13,883 nt of DNA. Origin: Thermotogota bacterium (GTDB lineage Bacteria; Bipolaricaulota; Bipolaricaulia; UBA7950; UBA9294). This document shows, in pieces, positions 1 to 8,267 of this stretch. The stretch is from assembly GCA_039679545.1 (NCBI GenBank), contig JBDKUT010000100.1, positions 1 through 13,883 of the forward strand. The letters run 5' to 3'. The first letter of the stretch is position 1, and each line of letters starts with the position of its first letter. The notes below the pieces were generated by a model. That model saw nothing but the letters and a program-made list of their open reading frames with translations, had not been told where the DNA came from and did not search any database. The position numbers and the translations under genes are program-made.

Positions 1-2
1 TC

Positions 3-401
3 GGCCTGTTCGCCAACGCGGGGTCGTACAGCGGAATCAGCCTCTCGGGCGGCATCGGGTGCTTCCACTTCGCGATCCTGCTCGACGAGATGGCGATCAC
101 GTCCCTGTCCGCGCGCTTCAACCAGTCCCTCAACCTCGGCGTGATGAAGGGCGCGTTCAGTGTGAGCGCCACGGGCCTCCAAGCCGGATTGACGGGTCTC
201 TCGATGCGCTTGTCGCTGACTCAGGGTTTGTTCTCGGCCGGGACGAGCGTGTCGTTCGCGGACAGCTCCTACGGGTTCAAGTTCGCAAGCTTGGCGACAC
301 AACTGACATTCCGCCTCACGCCCGGAACGATCTCTGTTCAAGCGACGTTCAGTCGGTACGGCCTGACGCGCGCCGGCCTCGGCACAAGCGTGACGTTCTA
401 G
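3..401 (+). CDS. Probable outer-membrane beta-barrel protein, C-terminal part (5'-truncated by window)
   Basis: Frame is open from the window edge (GLFANAGSYSGISLSGGIGCFHFAILLDEMAITSLSARF...). Alternating hydrophobic/polar Gly/Ser/Thr/Phe-rich strands with short turns. Ends ...AGLGTSVTF-stop with the terminal Phe typical of beta-barrel C-termini. Confidence 0.65.
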   Translation, partial: GLFANAGSYSGISLSGGIGCFHFAILLDEMAITSLSARFNQSLNLGVMKGAFSVSATGLQAGLTGLSMRLSLTQGLFSAGTSVSFADSSYGFKFASLATQLTFRLTPGTISVQATFSRYGLTRAGLGTSVTF

Positions 402-413
402 GGGGAATGACCG

Positions 414-3400
414 ATGCAACTACGATCAACGCATGAAGGGGGCTCTCGCTCTCGACCCAACACCGCACCGGCGCGAGCGGGGAGAGCGAACCACACGGCG
501 CCTGTGTGGGTTGCGATTCTCGCGTGTCTTGTGTTCTCCCTTGCGGCCGAATGCGGAACCGCTACAACGACAACGCTAGTGCCCACTCCGAATCCGAGCG
601 TGTACGGTCAACAGGTCACTCTGACGGCCACCGTGACACCCTCGGCGGCAACGGGGTCGGTCACGTTCTATGATGGCGCGAGCTCGCTGGGCTCAGAAAC
701 CCTGAGCGGCGGAGTCGCCACCCTGCAGACGAGCGCCCTTGCGGCCGGGGACCACAGCCTGACTGCGAAGTACAACGGCGACACGACGTATGATTCGAGC
801 ACCTCGGACCCCGTCACCCAGACGGTCGACAAGGCAGACACGAGTGTGTCCGTGGTCTCCTCCGTCAATCCCTCCGTGACCGGCCAGTCGGTGACGTTCA
901 CCGCGACCGTATCGGCGGTGTCTCCCGGGTCGGGAACGCCTGCGGGAACGGTCGACTTCCACGTGAATGGCGAGCTGTCAGCATCCAATGTAGCCTTGAC
1001 GGCAGGCCAGGCCACGCACTCGCGTTCCTTCGATCACATCGAGGGTCCCGCCGACATCGTGGTCTACTACGACGGCAACGCCAACTACAACCCCAGCGAT
1101 AACGGGCTCAATCCCCTGACCCAGACGGTCAACAAGGCGGGTACGACCACGACCATCACCACCGCTCCGGTGGGCCCGGTCGAGCTCGGAGGGGAATTCA
1201 CCGTGGGCGGTACGGTGGTCGCGAACTCGCCTGGAAGCGGGACCCCTACGGGGACTGTGGTCGTCAGCACGGGCTCCGGAGACAGCTGTGCGTCGAACCT
1301 GTCCGGCGGCGCGTGGAGTTGCTCGCTCGCCTCATCGGCCGTTGGAACGACCAACCTGACGGCTGTGTACGAGGGCAACGAGAGCTTCGCCGGGTCGAGC
1401 GCCACAGCGCCGAGCTTCGAGACAGCGGCGCTCGGGGCCACGGTCACGGTCTTCGTTTCCGACACGCCACTCGTTCCGGGTGAAACGGCCACCGGGACCG
1501 TGTCCGTCCAGGGCAGCTCGGGCAACTTCGGGGCGGCGCCAAGCGGGACGGTCACGCTGTCGCACACCGGAAACGGGACGTTGAGTCCCACGTCGTACGC
1601 CCTGGATCCAGAGGACGGAGGGTACTTCGAGTTCACCTACACCCCGACGGACGCGGCGCTCACGCCGCACGTGATCACGGCGACCTACGTGAGCGACGAC
1701 GGCGTCTACGCAGACGGCAGCGACACGTTCGCTCAGGCGATTGAGAAGCGCGCGTGCGATGTCGTCATGCTCCTATCCACAGTGATCGCCTACATCAATC
1801 AAGGCGTAACGGTGTCGATCTGCGTCGAGGACGACTCGACGGCGGGGACGCCGGGGACGCTCAGCGGGCAGGAAGTCGTGCTCACGACCGACGGAACGGG
1901 CTCGTTCAGCGACTCCAGCCCGACGCTTGGCGCCAATGGTTGCTGCACCGTCACCTACACGCCGGGACCGTTCGAGCACCTTCCCACTGGGGCGGGCACG
2001 ACAACCCTGACCGCGACGTTCGGAACAAGCTCCACAGTGTATGAAGAGAGCTCGACGACGGAGATGCTGGCGGTGGAGCTTCGCCCGACGGAGGTGACGG
2101 TTGACGGCTGCGACAACACGATCCTCGTCAACCAAGGGTGCACGTACACCGTCACGGTGACAGACGTCGCGGAGGCCGGGACGCCGACGAACCCGCTCGG
2201 CCTGCTCGCGTACTCGTCCTACCTCGGTGCGGACGCCACTCAGGCCCCACCGTTGGGTGCGGCCCCCGTGGGAACGTTCGTGTATACGTGCATCGGGCTC
2301 GACGCCGAGGCCGGCATTGACACGATCTATGCGGATTACACCGCTGCGGACGGAATCCACGCCGACAGCACGGGGTACTTCGGGCAAGCGATCCAGAGGC
2401 GCCCAACGGTCACTACCGTCGACGCGTCCTGCACGACGGCCGGAGACGTCACGTGGACGGCGACGGTCACGGAGGACGACGACAACGCCGGGGGCGACAC
2501 GATCCTTGCGGGGGACATCCACTTGCTCGAACCCGACGAGACGCCGTGTTCAGCGATCTTTGGCGCCACGCTGACCTGCACCGATACCTTCAACTCGGGA
2601 TCGCCCTACATCAACGTGTCGGTACGATACGAGCCGACGGACAGGACCCACCTTGGGTCAACCGGTTCGATCAACCTCGAGCGCGAGTACGCTCCCGACC
2701 CGGGAGACGATACGACCGGTGCCAACTGCGACGACGGCTGCGGCACCGGTGGCGTCCACATCACCCAGATCCTCTACAACCTCAACGCAGCCAAGGTCGC
2801 CCTGGAAGCCGTGAAGCTCGGACTCGACACGACCGCACTGGTCCTTGACGTCATCCCGGACGGAGTCATCACGGGCGGACTCATCGTGCAGACGGGGGTC
2901 ACGATCCCCTACAGCGACATCGCCAAGGCGATCGTTGCCGGCGCGGGCATCGTCCTGGATGTCGCAATCCTGGCGATGGACGTCGACCTCGATGGCGACG
3001 GCCTCCCTGACGTAGTTGAGGAGAACACGACGCACACGAGCGCTACGGACTGGGACAGTGACGACGACGGGATGAGCGACAACGACGAGGTCGAAGAGGC
3101 CGGAGGCTACTACGGAGGGTCACGGCGCCCCAACCCGAACGTCTTCGACAGCGACGGCGACGGGATCGGGGACGGCGACGAAGCGAACCTCAGCCATACC
3201 GACTTCTGCGTCGCGGACTCCGACTGCGACACTGTGAGCGACGGCGTCGAGTACGCCACGTGGGGCTCGGGCCAGACGGAGATCCGCGACCAGGCCGATC
3301 CGCTAATGCTGGACACCGACGGCGACGGCCTCCGGGACGACATCGAGATCGACGCCGGGTGCCCGTACGTGAACGACGACGACTCGGATGACGACGGACT

Positions 3401-6400
3401 GCAGGACGGATCCGAGAGCTGGGATGGCGACGGAACGTGCGTGACGGGCGACATAGGAGACTCGTCGACGCAGGCCGACTTGACCGGCGAGACGGACTTC
3501 TGCGATCCGGATACCGATGGCGATGGGCTGACGGACGGAGAGGAGGTGGCCCTTCTCGGCGGCCTCCCGGTGACGGGCACGGGATTCACCGCGGTCACTC
3601 CGAGAGGTGTGTCGACCGTGTTCGGGCAGGAAGGCCTGTCGCTCGCGGCCACGATCCCCGCGCTCGACGACGACTCGGACAACGACGGGCTCTCGGACTA
3701 CGAGGAAGTCACGATCACCCACACGGATCCAATGGACCAGGACAGCGACAACGACACGCTCAGCGACTCGAACGAGCTGATCGCGGTCGCCGGCTCGTCG
3801 TGGCCGAATCGTTCGTTCATCCAGGTTTCGGATCCGCTCGACCCTGACAGCGACGACGACGATCTCCCAGACCAAGTCGAGTACCCCGGCTCGGGGCTCG
3901 GAACGTCGAGAGCGTCTGGAGGCACACCGGACAACGACTGCTCGTACGTCGACGACGACGACTCGGACGACGACGGACTGCAGGACGGCCACGAGGACCT
4001 GGACAAGAACGGGCAGTTCGACCTTGGGACAATCGGAACCACCGGAACCGCTGGGACCGGGGAGACGGACCTCTGCGACCCCGATACCGACGGCGACGGA
4101 CTCGACGACGGTCAGGAGGAGTGGCAGCTTGGGGCGGGTCTGACGAACGTGACATCGCAGGACGGGCTGGCGCAGACCGTGCCCGCGCTGGACATGGACT
4201 CGGACGACGACGGCCTCTCCGATGGCGAAGAGGTGAACGTCACCCACACCGATCCGCTCGACTGGGACACGGACAACGACACGCTGTCCGACCTGAATGA
4301 GCTTCTGGTCACGGGCGGAACGTGGCCGCAGCGGACGTTCTCGCAGGTGTCGGACCCTCTCGATCCGGACACGGATGACGACGGACTCATCGACAGCGTT
4401 GAGTACAACGGCACGGGGAGCGACCGGTTCCTGCACCTGAGCACAGACGGAACCGACGACCTTGTGTGCACGTACGTCAACGATGACGACTCCGACAACG
4501 ACGGGCTCCAGGATGGAGCGGAGGACGCCGACCACGACGGGAACTGGGACCAGGTGACGCTCGGCTCGATCGACACGCAGGCGGAGAGGCTCGGCGACTA
4601 CTGGGAGACCGACCCCTGCAACCCGGATACCGACGGCGACGGCCTACTGGACGGCGAGGAAGCAGCGCTCCTCGGCGGCGGGCCGATCAGCCAGCGGCCG
4701 GCGACGGGCTGGCCGGGCGCCGAGACGGCGCCGGGATTCGATACCGTGACCCCAGAAGGGATCTCGACGGTCCTCCCTGTGGGGCCGAACTGCGACGCCG
4801 CACCAATGTACACGTTCAGTCCGACACCGGGCAGCGCTCTCGCCATTACCGTTCCGGCGCTCGATACCGACACCGACAACGACGGGCTCTCGGACTACGA
4901 AGAGGTGAACATCACCGGGACGAACCCGCTCGACGCCGACTCGGACAACGACACGATCGCCGACGCCGATGAGCTTGTGGCCACCGGAGGCGCCTGGCCG
5001 CAGCGAACCTTCGATCAGGAGAGCGACCCTCTCGACATCAACACCGACGACGATGGGTTGTTCGACCCGGTCGAGGGAGAGTGCGGCGACCCGATCTACA
5101 CAGGCACGGGGCTTCGGACGACGTTTGCCGGAGTGCTCGGCGGTGACCGGGACACGGCGTGCCCGTACGTGAACAACGCGGACTCCGACAACGACGCGGT
5201 CATGGACGGAGCCGTCATTACCCTCACGCCGCCTGGCGCGATCGACGGTGACGGCAATCCACTCCAGTACACGCACTGCGAAGGGTTCACCGACGTCACT
5301 CCGGCGGGTCCGGACTCCCCTGGAGTCCCGCGAATCGTTCCAGAGGCGGGAGACGGAGAGTCGTATGACGACGTCATCTGCAACGTGTGCGACGCGGACT
5401 CGGACGGCGACGGCCTGACCGACGGGGAGGAGATCGGGATCGGGACGAACCCCGACGACTGGGACACGGACAACGACGGCCGGAGCGACTGGCACGAAGT
5501 GACCGGCGGCGGTCCGATCCCGACCGACCCGTTCGATCCGGACACGGACGACGACGGACTCCTCGACTCGGTCGAGGTGTTCGGCTCGAACACGACCAAC
5601 CCGACGAACGCGGACACGGACGGCGACGGGCTGTGCGACGGCGGAGCGGGAACGCCCTTCATGGTCAGCGGTGACGCACGCGTCGTCGTGAACCCGATCT
5701 GCAAGTCGTGCAGCACTCCGGGCCTGGTCGACTGCGGCACGTCCAGCACGAGGACGGGCAGCCCGGACGGGATCGGCGATCACCCGAACCGGTTCGGGTT
5801 CGGCGAGGATCAGAACGGAAACGGCGCCTGGGACGGCGGAGAGACCGATCCGAACCAGTACGACACGGATGGGGACGCTATCGCGGACGGGGTTGAACGA
5901 CTTGCCTTCTCCACCTCTCGCGCCAACATGATCCCGCCGACCGATCTCTTCGGCCGGCCGATTCTGGTGACGTATCCTGAGGCAAACAACGTCCAAGATC
6001 CGTGCGGCTGTCTCGATCCGCTCAACCCGGACTCGGACGGTGACGGGCTTTCGGACGGGTACGAGGACGCGAATCACGATGGGAACTTCGACTTCCTGCC
6101 GAGCGACTTCGACATCGACACCTCATCGGTCGAGACGTCCCTGCCGGACCCGGAGGAGACGAACCCGTGCGCAGCCGACACCGACGGTGACGACCTGACG
6201 GATTGGGAAGAGCGGTTCCAGCGACAGCCACTTCTTGTCAACCCCCCCGCGCCCGTCGACAACGACGGAGACGGGCTGGTCGACGAGGACCCGGTCGACG
6301 GAATCGACAACGATCTCGATGGCCGAATCGACGAGGATGCGCCGGAAGGACCGTACGAACTGACGTTCAACCCGACCAATCCGCTCGATTGGGACACGGA

Positions 6401-7094
6401 CAACGACTGGTTGAGCGACGGCTACGAAGTCCACTACACGTGCGTTGCGATCGAGTACACCACGCTCGACAACGACACCGACGGTCGGATCGACGAGGAT
6501 CCGATCGACGGACTCGACAACGACGAGGACGGCCTCTTCGACGAGGACCCGGTCGACTTCTGGGTCCGGTCGATCCCGATGCTCGATCCGACGAACCGTG
6601 ACTCCGACTCGGACGGCTACATCGACGGGCTCGACGAGGACCCGTGCAACTCGGAGTTGATCCCGATCGTCGAGACGCCGATCCTTGAGCCGGTCGACTC
6701 CGACGGCGACGGCTTCTCCGACGACGACGAGATCGCCGCGGGAACGCACCCGAACAGCCCCGACGACCACCCCACGGCCTACTGCGCGGTGGACGTCGAC
6801 TTCGACGATGCGATCGACGACCGGATCTGGCTCGAGCCCGGCGCCTGCTGCGGCGAAGCCGGCTCGGTTGTCTTCGATCTGGACGCGAACGTCTTGATCG
6901 ACCTTCGTGTCACGATCACGAGCAAGAGCATCGCACGTGGCGACTTCGACAAGGACGGGTACGAGGACGACATCCGGTACACGGTCGAGTACATCCTCAG
7001 CAACTACCGGACGGTGCAGCTCCACGGAGTCGCCACGATTGACGACTTCAACTGCGACCTCGTGATCGACTGGGTTGTCGTGCAGAAAAAGTAA
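414..7094 (+). CDS. Giant secreted/surface protein (2226 aa): Ig-like (Big_3-type) domains plus thrombospondin type-3-like DxDxDG Ca2+-binding repeats
   Basis: SD GGGGGA at 401-406. Long basic n-region then hydrophobic h-region VWVAILACLVFSLAA. TTTTL..PNPSVYGQQVTLTATV..GSVTFYDG..HSLTAKYNGD is the bacterial Ig-like group 3 signature. Dozens of D[ST]DxDGLxDxxE and TDPxDxD motifs follow. Confidence 0.92.
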   Translation: MQLRSTHEGGSRSRPNTAPARAGRANHTAPVWVAILACLVFSLAAECGTATTTTLVPTPNPSVYGQQVTLTATVTPSAATGSVTFYDGASSLGSETLSGGVATLQTSALAAGDHSLTAKYNGDTTYDSSTSDPVTQTVDKADTSVSVVSSVNPSVTGQSVTFTATVSAVSPGSGTPAGTVDFHVNGELSASNVALTAGQATHSRSFDHIEGPADIVVYYDGNANYNPSDNGLNPLTQTVNKAGTTTTITTAPVGPVELGGEFTVGGTVVANSPGSGTPTGTVVVSTGSGDSCASNLSGGAWSCSLASSAVGTTNLTAVYEGNESFAGSSATAPSFETAALGATVTVFVSDTPLVPGETATGTVSVQGSSGNFGAAPSGTVTLSHTGNGTLSPTSYALDPEDGGYFEFTYTPTDAALTPHVITATYVSDDGVYADGSDTFAQAIEKRACDVVMLLSTVIAYINQGVTVSICVEDDSTAGTPGTLSGQEVVLTTDGTGSFSDSSPTLGANGCCTVTYTPGPFEHLPTGAGTTTLTATFGTSSTVYEESSTTEMLAVELRPTEVTVDGCDNTILVNQGCTYTVTVTDVAEAGTPTNPLGLLAYSSYLGADATQAPPLGAAPVGTFVYTCIGLDAEAGIDTIYADYTAADGIHADSTGYFGQAIQRRPTVTTVDASCTTAGDVTWTATVTEDDDNAGGDTILAGDIHLLEPDETPCSAIFGATLTCTDTFNSGSPYINVSVRYEPTDRTHLGSTGSINLEREYAPDPGDDTTGANCDDGCGTGGVHITQILYNLNAAKVALEAVKLGLDTTALVLDVIPDGVITGGLIVQTGVTIPYSDIAKAIVAGAGIVLDVAILAMDVDLDGDGLPDVVEENTTHTSATDWDSDDDGMSDNDEVEEAGGYYGGSRRPNPNVFDSDGDGIGDGDEANLSHTDFCVADSDCDTVSDGVEYATWGSGQTEIRDQADPLMLDTDGDGLRDDIEIDAGCPYVNDDDSDDDGLQDGSESWDGDGTCVTGDIGDSSTQADLTGETDFCDPDTDGDGLTDGEEVALLGGLPVTGTGFTAVTPRGVSTVFGQEGLSLAATIPALDDDSDNDGLSDYEEVTITHTDPMDQDSDNDTLSDSNELIAVAGSSWPNRSFIQVSDPLDPDSDDDDLPDQVEYPGSGLGTSRASGGTPDNDCSYVDDDDSDDDGLQDGHEDLDKNGQFDLGTIGTTGTAGTGETDLCDPDTDGDGLDDGQEEWQLGAGLTNVTSQDGLAQTVPALDMDSDDDGLSDGEEVNVTHTDPLDWDTDNDTLSDLNELLVTGGTWPQRTFSQVSDPLDPDTDDDGLIDSVEYNGTGSDRFLHLSTDGTDDLVCTYVNDDDSDNDGLQDGAEDADHDGNWDQVTLGSIDTQAERLGDYWETDPCNPDTDGDGLLDGEEAALLGGGPISQRPATGWPGAETAPGFDTVTPEGISTVLPVGPNCDAAPMYTFSPTPGSALAITVPALDTDTDNDGLSDYEEVNITGTNPLDADSDNDTIADADELVATGGAWPQRTFDQESDPLDINTDDDGLFDPVEGECGDPIYTGTGLRTTFAGVLGGDRDTACPYVNNADSDNDAVMDGAVITLTPPGAIDGDGNPLQYTHCEGFTDVTPAGPDSPGVPRIVPEAGDGESYDDVICNVCDADSDGDGLTDGEEIGIGTNPDDWDTDNDGRSDWHEVTGGGPIPTDPFDPDTDDDGLLDSVEVFGSNTTNPTNADTDGDGLCDGGAGTPFMVSGDARVVVNPICKSCSTPGLVDCGTSSTRTGSPDGIGDHPNRFGFGEDQNGNGAWDGGETDPNQYDTDGDAIADGVERLAFSTSRANMIPPTDLFGRPILVTYPEANNVQDPCGCLDPLNPDSDGDGLSDGYEDANHDGNFDFLPSDFDIDTSSVETSLPDPEETNPCAADTDGDDLTDWEERFQRQPLLVNPPAPVDNDGDGLVDEDPVDGIDNDLDGRIDEDAPEGPYELTFNPTNPLDWDTDNDWLSDGYEVHYTCVAIEYTTLDNDTDGRIDEDPIDGLDNDEDGLFDEDPVDFWVRSIPMLDPTNRDSDSDGYIDGLDEDPCNSELIPIVETPILEPVDSDGDGFSDDDEIAAGTHPNSPDDHPTAYCAVDVDFDDAIDDRIWLEPGACCGEAGSVVFDLDANVLIDLRVTITSKSIARGDFDKDGYEDDIRYTVEYILSNYRTVQLHGVATIDDFNCDLVIDWVVVQKK
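558..2690 (+). repeat. About seven tandem Ig-like domains within the giant CDS (boundaries approximate)
   Basis: Recurring domain starts (TATTTTL, KADTSVSV, KAGTTTTI, GATVTV, KRACDVV, LRPTEVTV, RRPTVTTV) at roughly 90-110 aa spacing, most with a late 'lTAxY/F' strand. Domains 4-7 are more divergent. Confidence 0.65.
2979..6776 (+). repeat. Acidic Ca2+-binding repeat region (DxDxDGLxDxxE) containing three ~176-231 aa super-repeats
   Basis: Super-repeat anchor C[PST]YV[ND][DN][DA]DSDxD at nt 3360, 3939, 4467 and 5160. Each full unit carries ETDxCxPDTDGDGL, PALDxD[ST]DxDGLSDxEEVx[IV]T[HG]T[DN]P and WPxR[ST]FxQxSDPLD. Confidence 0.88.
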
Positions 7095-7126
7095 CCTCAC
7101 CTAAGGGTGCTTCTACATTCGAAGAG

Positions 7127-7166
7127 CGGGCGTCAGGCCGAGCCTGGCGCCCGATTCTTGTGTTGT
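7127..7166 (+). terminator. Rho-independent terminator after the giant gene (between convergent genes)
   Basis: CGGGCGTCAGGC-CGA-GCCTGGCGCCCG forms a 12-bp stem with one G-U on the + strand, followed by ATTCTTGTGTTGT. Confidence 0.7.
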
Positions 7167-7190
7167 GCTCGGGGGGGCTCCCGATCCCGG

Positions 7191-7838
7191 CTAGGGACCT
7201 CTACGATAGCTGAGCGAGACGGACGACGCGTTGACGGCGATGTGCTCCGGGTGTCCATTCGCCGCGCCGAGGCGAGTGACGCGGACGATGAGGAGGGGCC
7301 CGTAGATCGCCGAATACTTGGCGACGTTCTCCGCGCTGATCCGGATCGCATCAGCCCAGGCCTGGTAGCCAACGCCCTGAGTGTCGGCCTCCATCTGGGG
7401 ACGGAAGTGGTTCTCGAGCAGCACGGCTGATCGATCGAGGAGGCGTTTTCCTACAGGCTCGGGCAGGCTGATGGCGTCTTCAAGGCTCTTGACGATCCAG
7501 ATCTCGAGCCCGATCTGCGTATCCCATCCGCTTCCGCCGTTCACGCCGTTTGTAACGAGGGCGTCGAGGTTCACGTAGATGTAGGGATCGTTTGGACTCA
7601 CCGCGCGGGCGTCGATCCCCGTGAAGACCCAGTCCACGTACTGCCGGCAGTCGGGGCGCACCCAGAACCACCCGCCGGCCTGAGCGCAGGAGCCGGCGTC
7701 GAAGAAGACGGGACTAACAACGGTCACGTTGCCCTGAACCGCGATGGGGAGAACGGCCATCTGCTGCCCTCCAAACACCACGACTGCGAGGAGCAACAAC
7801 CTTGCCGCAACTGCAGCAACTCTTCGTGCAAAGACCAT
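7191..7838 (-). CDS. Hypothetical exported protein (215 aa)
   Basis: Strong SD AGGAGGTG 5 nt before the ATG at 7838, preferred over the 8075 start that overlaps the glutaredoxin gene. N-terminus MVFARRVAAVAARLLLLAVVVFG looks like a signal peptide. Mature part is beta-rich and aromatic with two Cys. Family not recognised. Confidence 0.78.
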   Translation of the reverse strand: MVFARRVAAVAARLLLLAVVVFGGQQMAVLPIAVQGNVTVVSPVFFDAGSCAQAGGWFWVRPDCRQYVDWVFTGIDARAVSPNDPYIYVNLDALVTNGVNGGSGWDTQIGLEIWIVKSLEDAISLPEPVGKRLLDRSAVLLENHFRPQMEADTQGVGYQAWADAIRISAENVAKYSAIYGPLLIVRVTRLGAANGHPEHIAVNASSVSLSYRRGP

Positions 7839-7903
7839 CGGCACACCTCCTCTCTTCACCGCCAAGGTACGAACGGAGCTGATTGCCGGGCAAGCTCCCT
7901 CGA

Positions 7904-7933
7904 TTGGACTGCCGTTGGGAGGAGCGATACGCT
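7904..7933 (+). promoter_or_regulatory. Possible sigma70-type promoter for the glutaredoxin-FTR operon
   Basis: (T)TGGACT-N17-TACGCT in the divergent intergenic region; weak consensus match. Confidence 0.25.
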
Positions 7934-7976
7934 GGATTGAGAACGGCTGGCGTATTCCTGAGACGGAGGAGGTTGC

Positions 7977-8267
7977 GTGGATGCCCAAGGAAACGTGACG
8001 GGTCGGATCGCCTGCTCTCATCGGACGAAGTTCTACGGGTTGTCGACGTGTGTTTGGTGTCGAAAGGCGCGCCAACTCCTCGAGGAGCTCGGCGTGCCCT
8101 TCGAGTACGCCTACGTCGACCTCCTAACGGGGAAAGAGCGGGAATCCGTGATCGGGGAACTGGATCGGCTCGAGCTCGGAGAGACGTTCCCGACGCTGGT
8201 CATCGATGGTCGGACGTGCATCGTCGGGTTCAAACCGGATGAGATCCGCCGGGCGCTCCTCCCATGA
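7977..8267 (+). CDS. Glutaredoxin-like protein (methanoredoxin/NrdH-like, CVWC active site)
   Basis: YGLSTCVWCRKARQLL active-site helix, cis-Pro motif TFPTLVI and C-terminal IVGFKPDEI. SD GGAGGAGG before a GTG start. ATGA overlap with the next gene. Confidence 0.9.
   Translation: MDAQGNVTGRIACSHRTKFYGLSTCVWCRKARQLLEELGVPFEYAYVDLLTGKERESVIGELDRLELGETFPTLVIDGRTCIVGFKPDEIRRALLP

Noticed and set aside
498..557. Lipoprotein or Tat signal on the giant protein
   Set aside because: Neither Cys sits in a well-placed canonical lipobox and there is no twin-arginine motif; a Sec/SPI signal is more likely.
2979..6776. CRISPR array or mobile-element interpretation of the DNA repeats
   Set aside because: The repeats are degenerate, in-frame coding repeats. 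No identical repeat-spacer pattern, transposase or integrase is seen in the window.
3303..7100. Long minus-strand ORFs (410, 477 and 325 aa) and many short ORFs overlapping the giant gene
   Set aside because: Antisense shadows of GAC/GGC-rich, high-GC codon usage (V/R-rich translations); no SD or domain motifs.
7839..8075. 79-aa N-terminal extension of the minus-strand hypothetical ORF
   Set aside because: It overlaps the glutaredoxin gene; the strong SD and signal peptide place the start at 7838.
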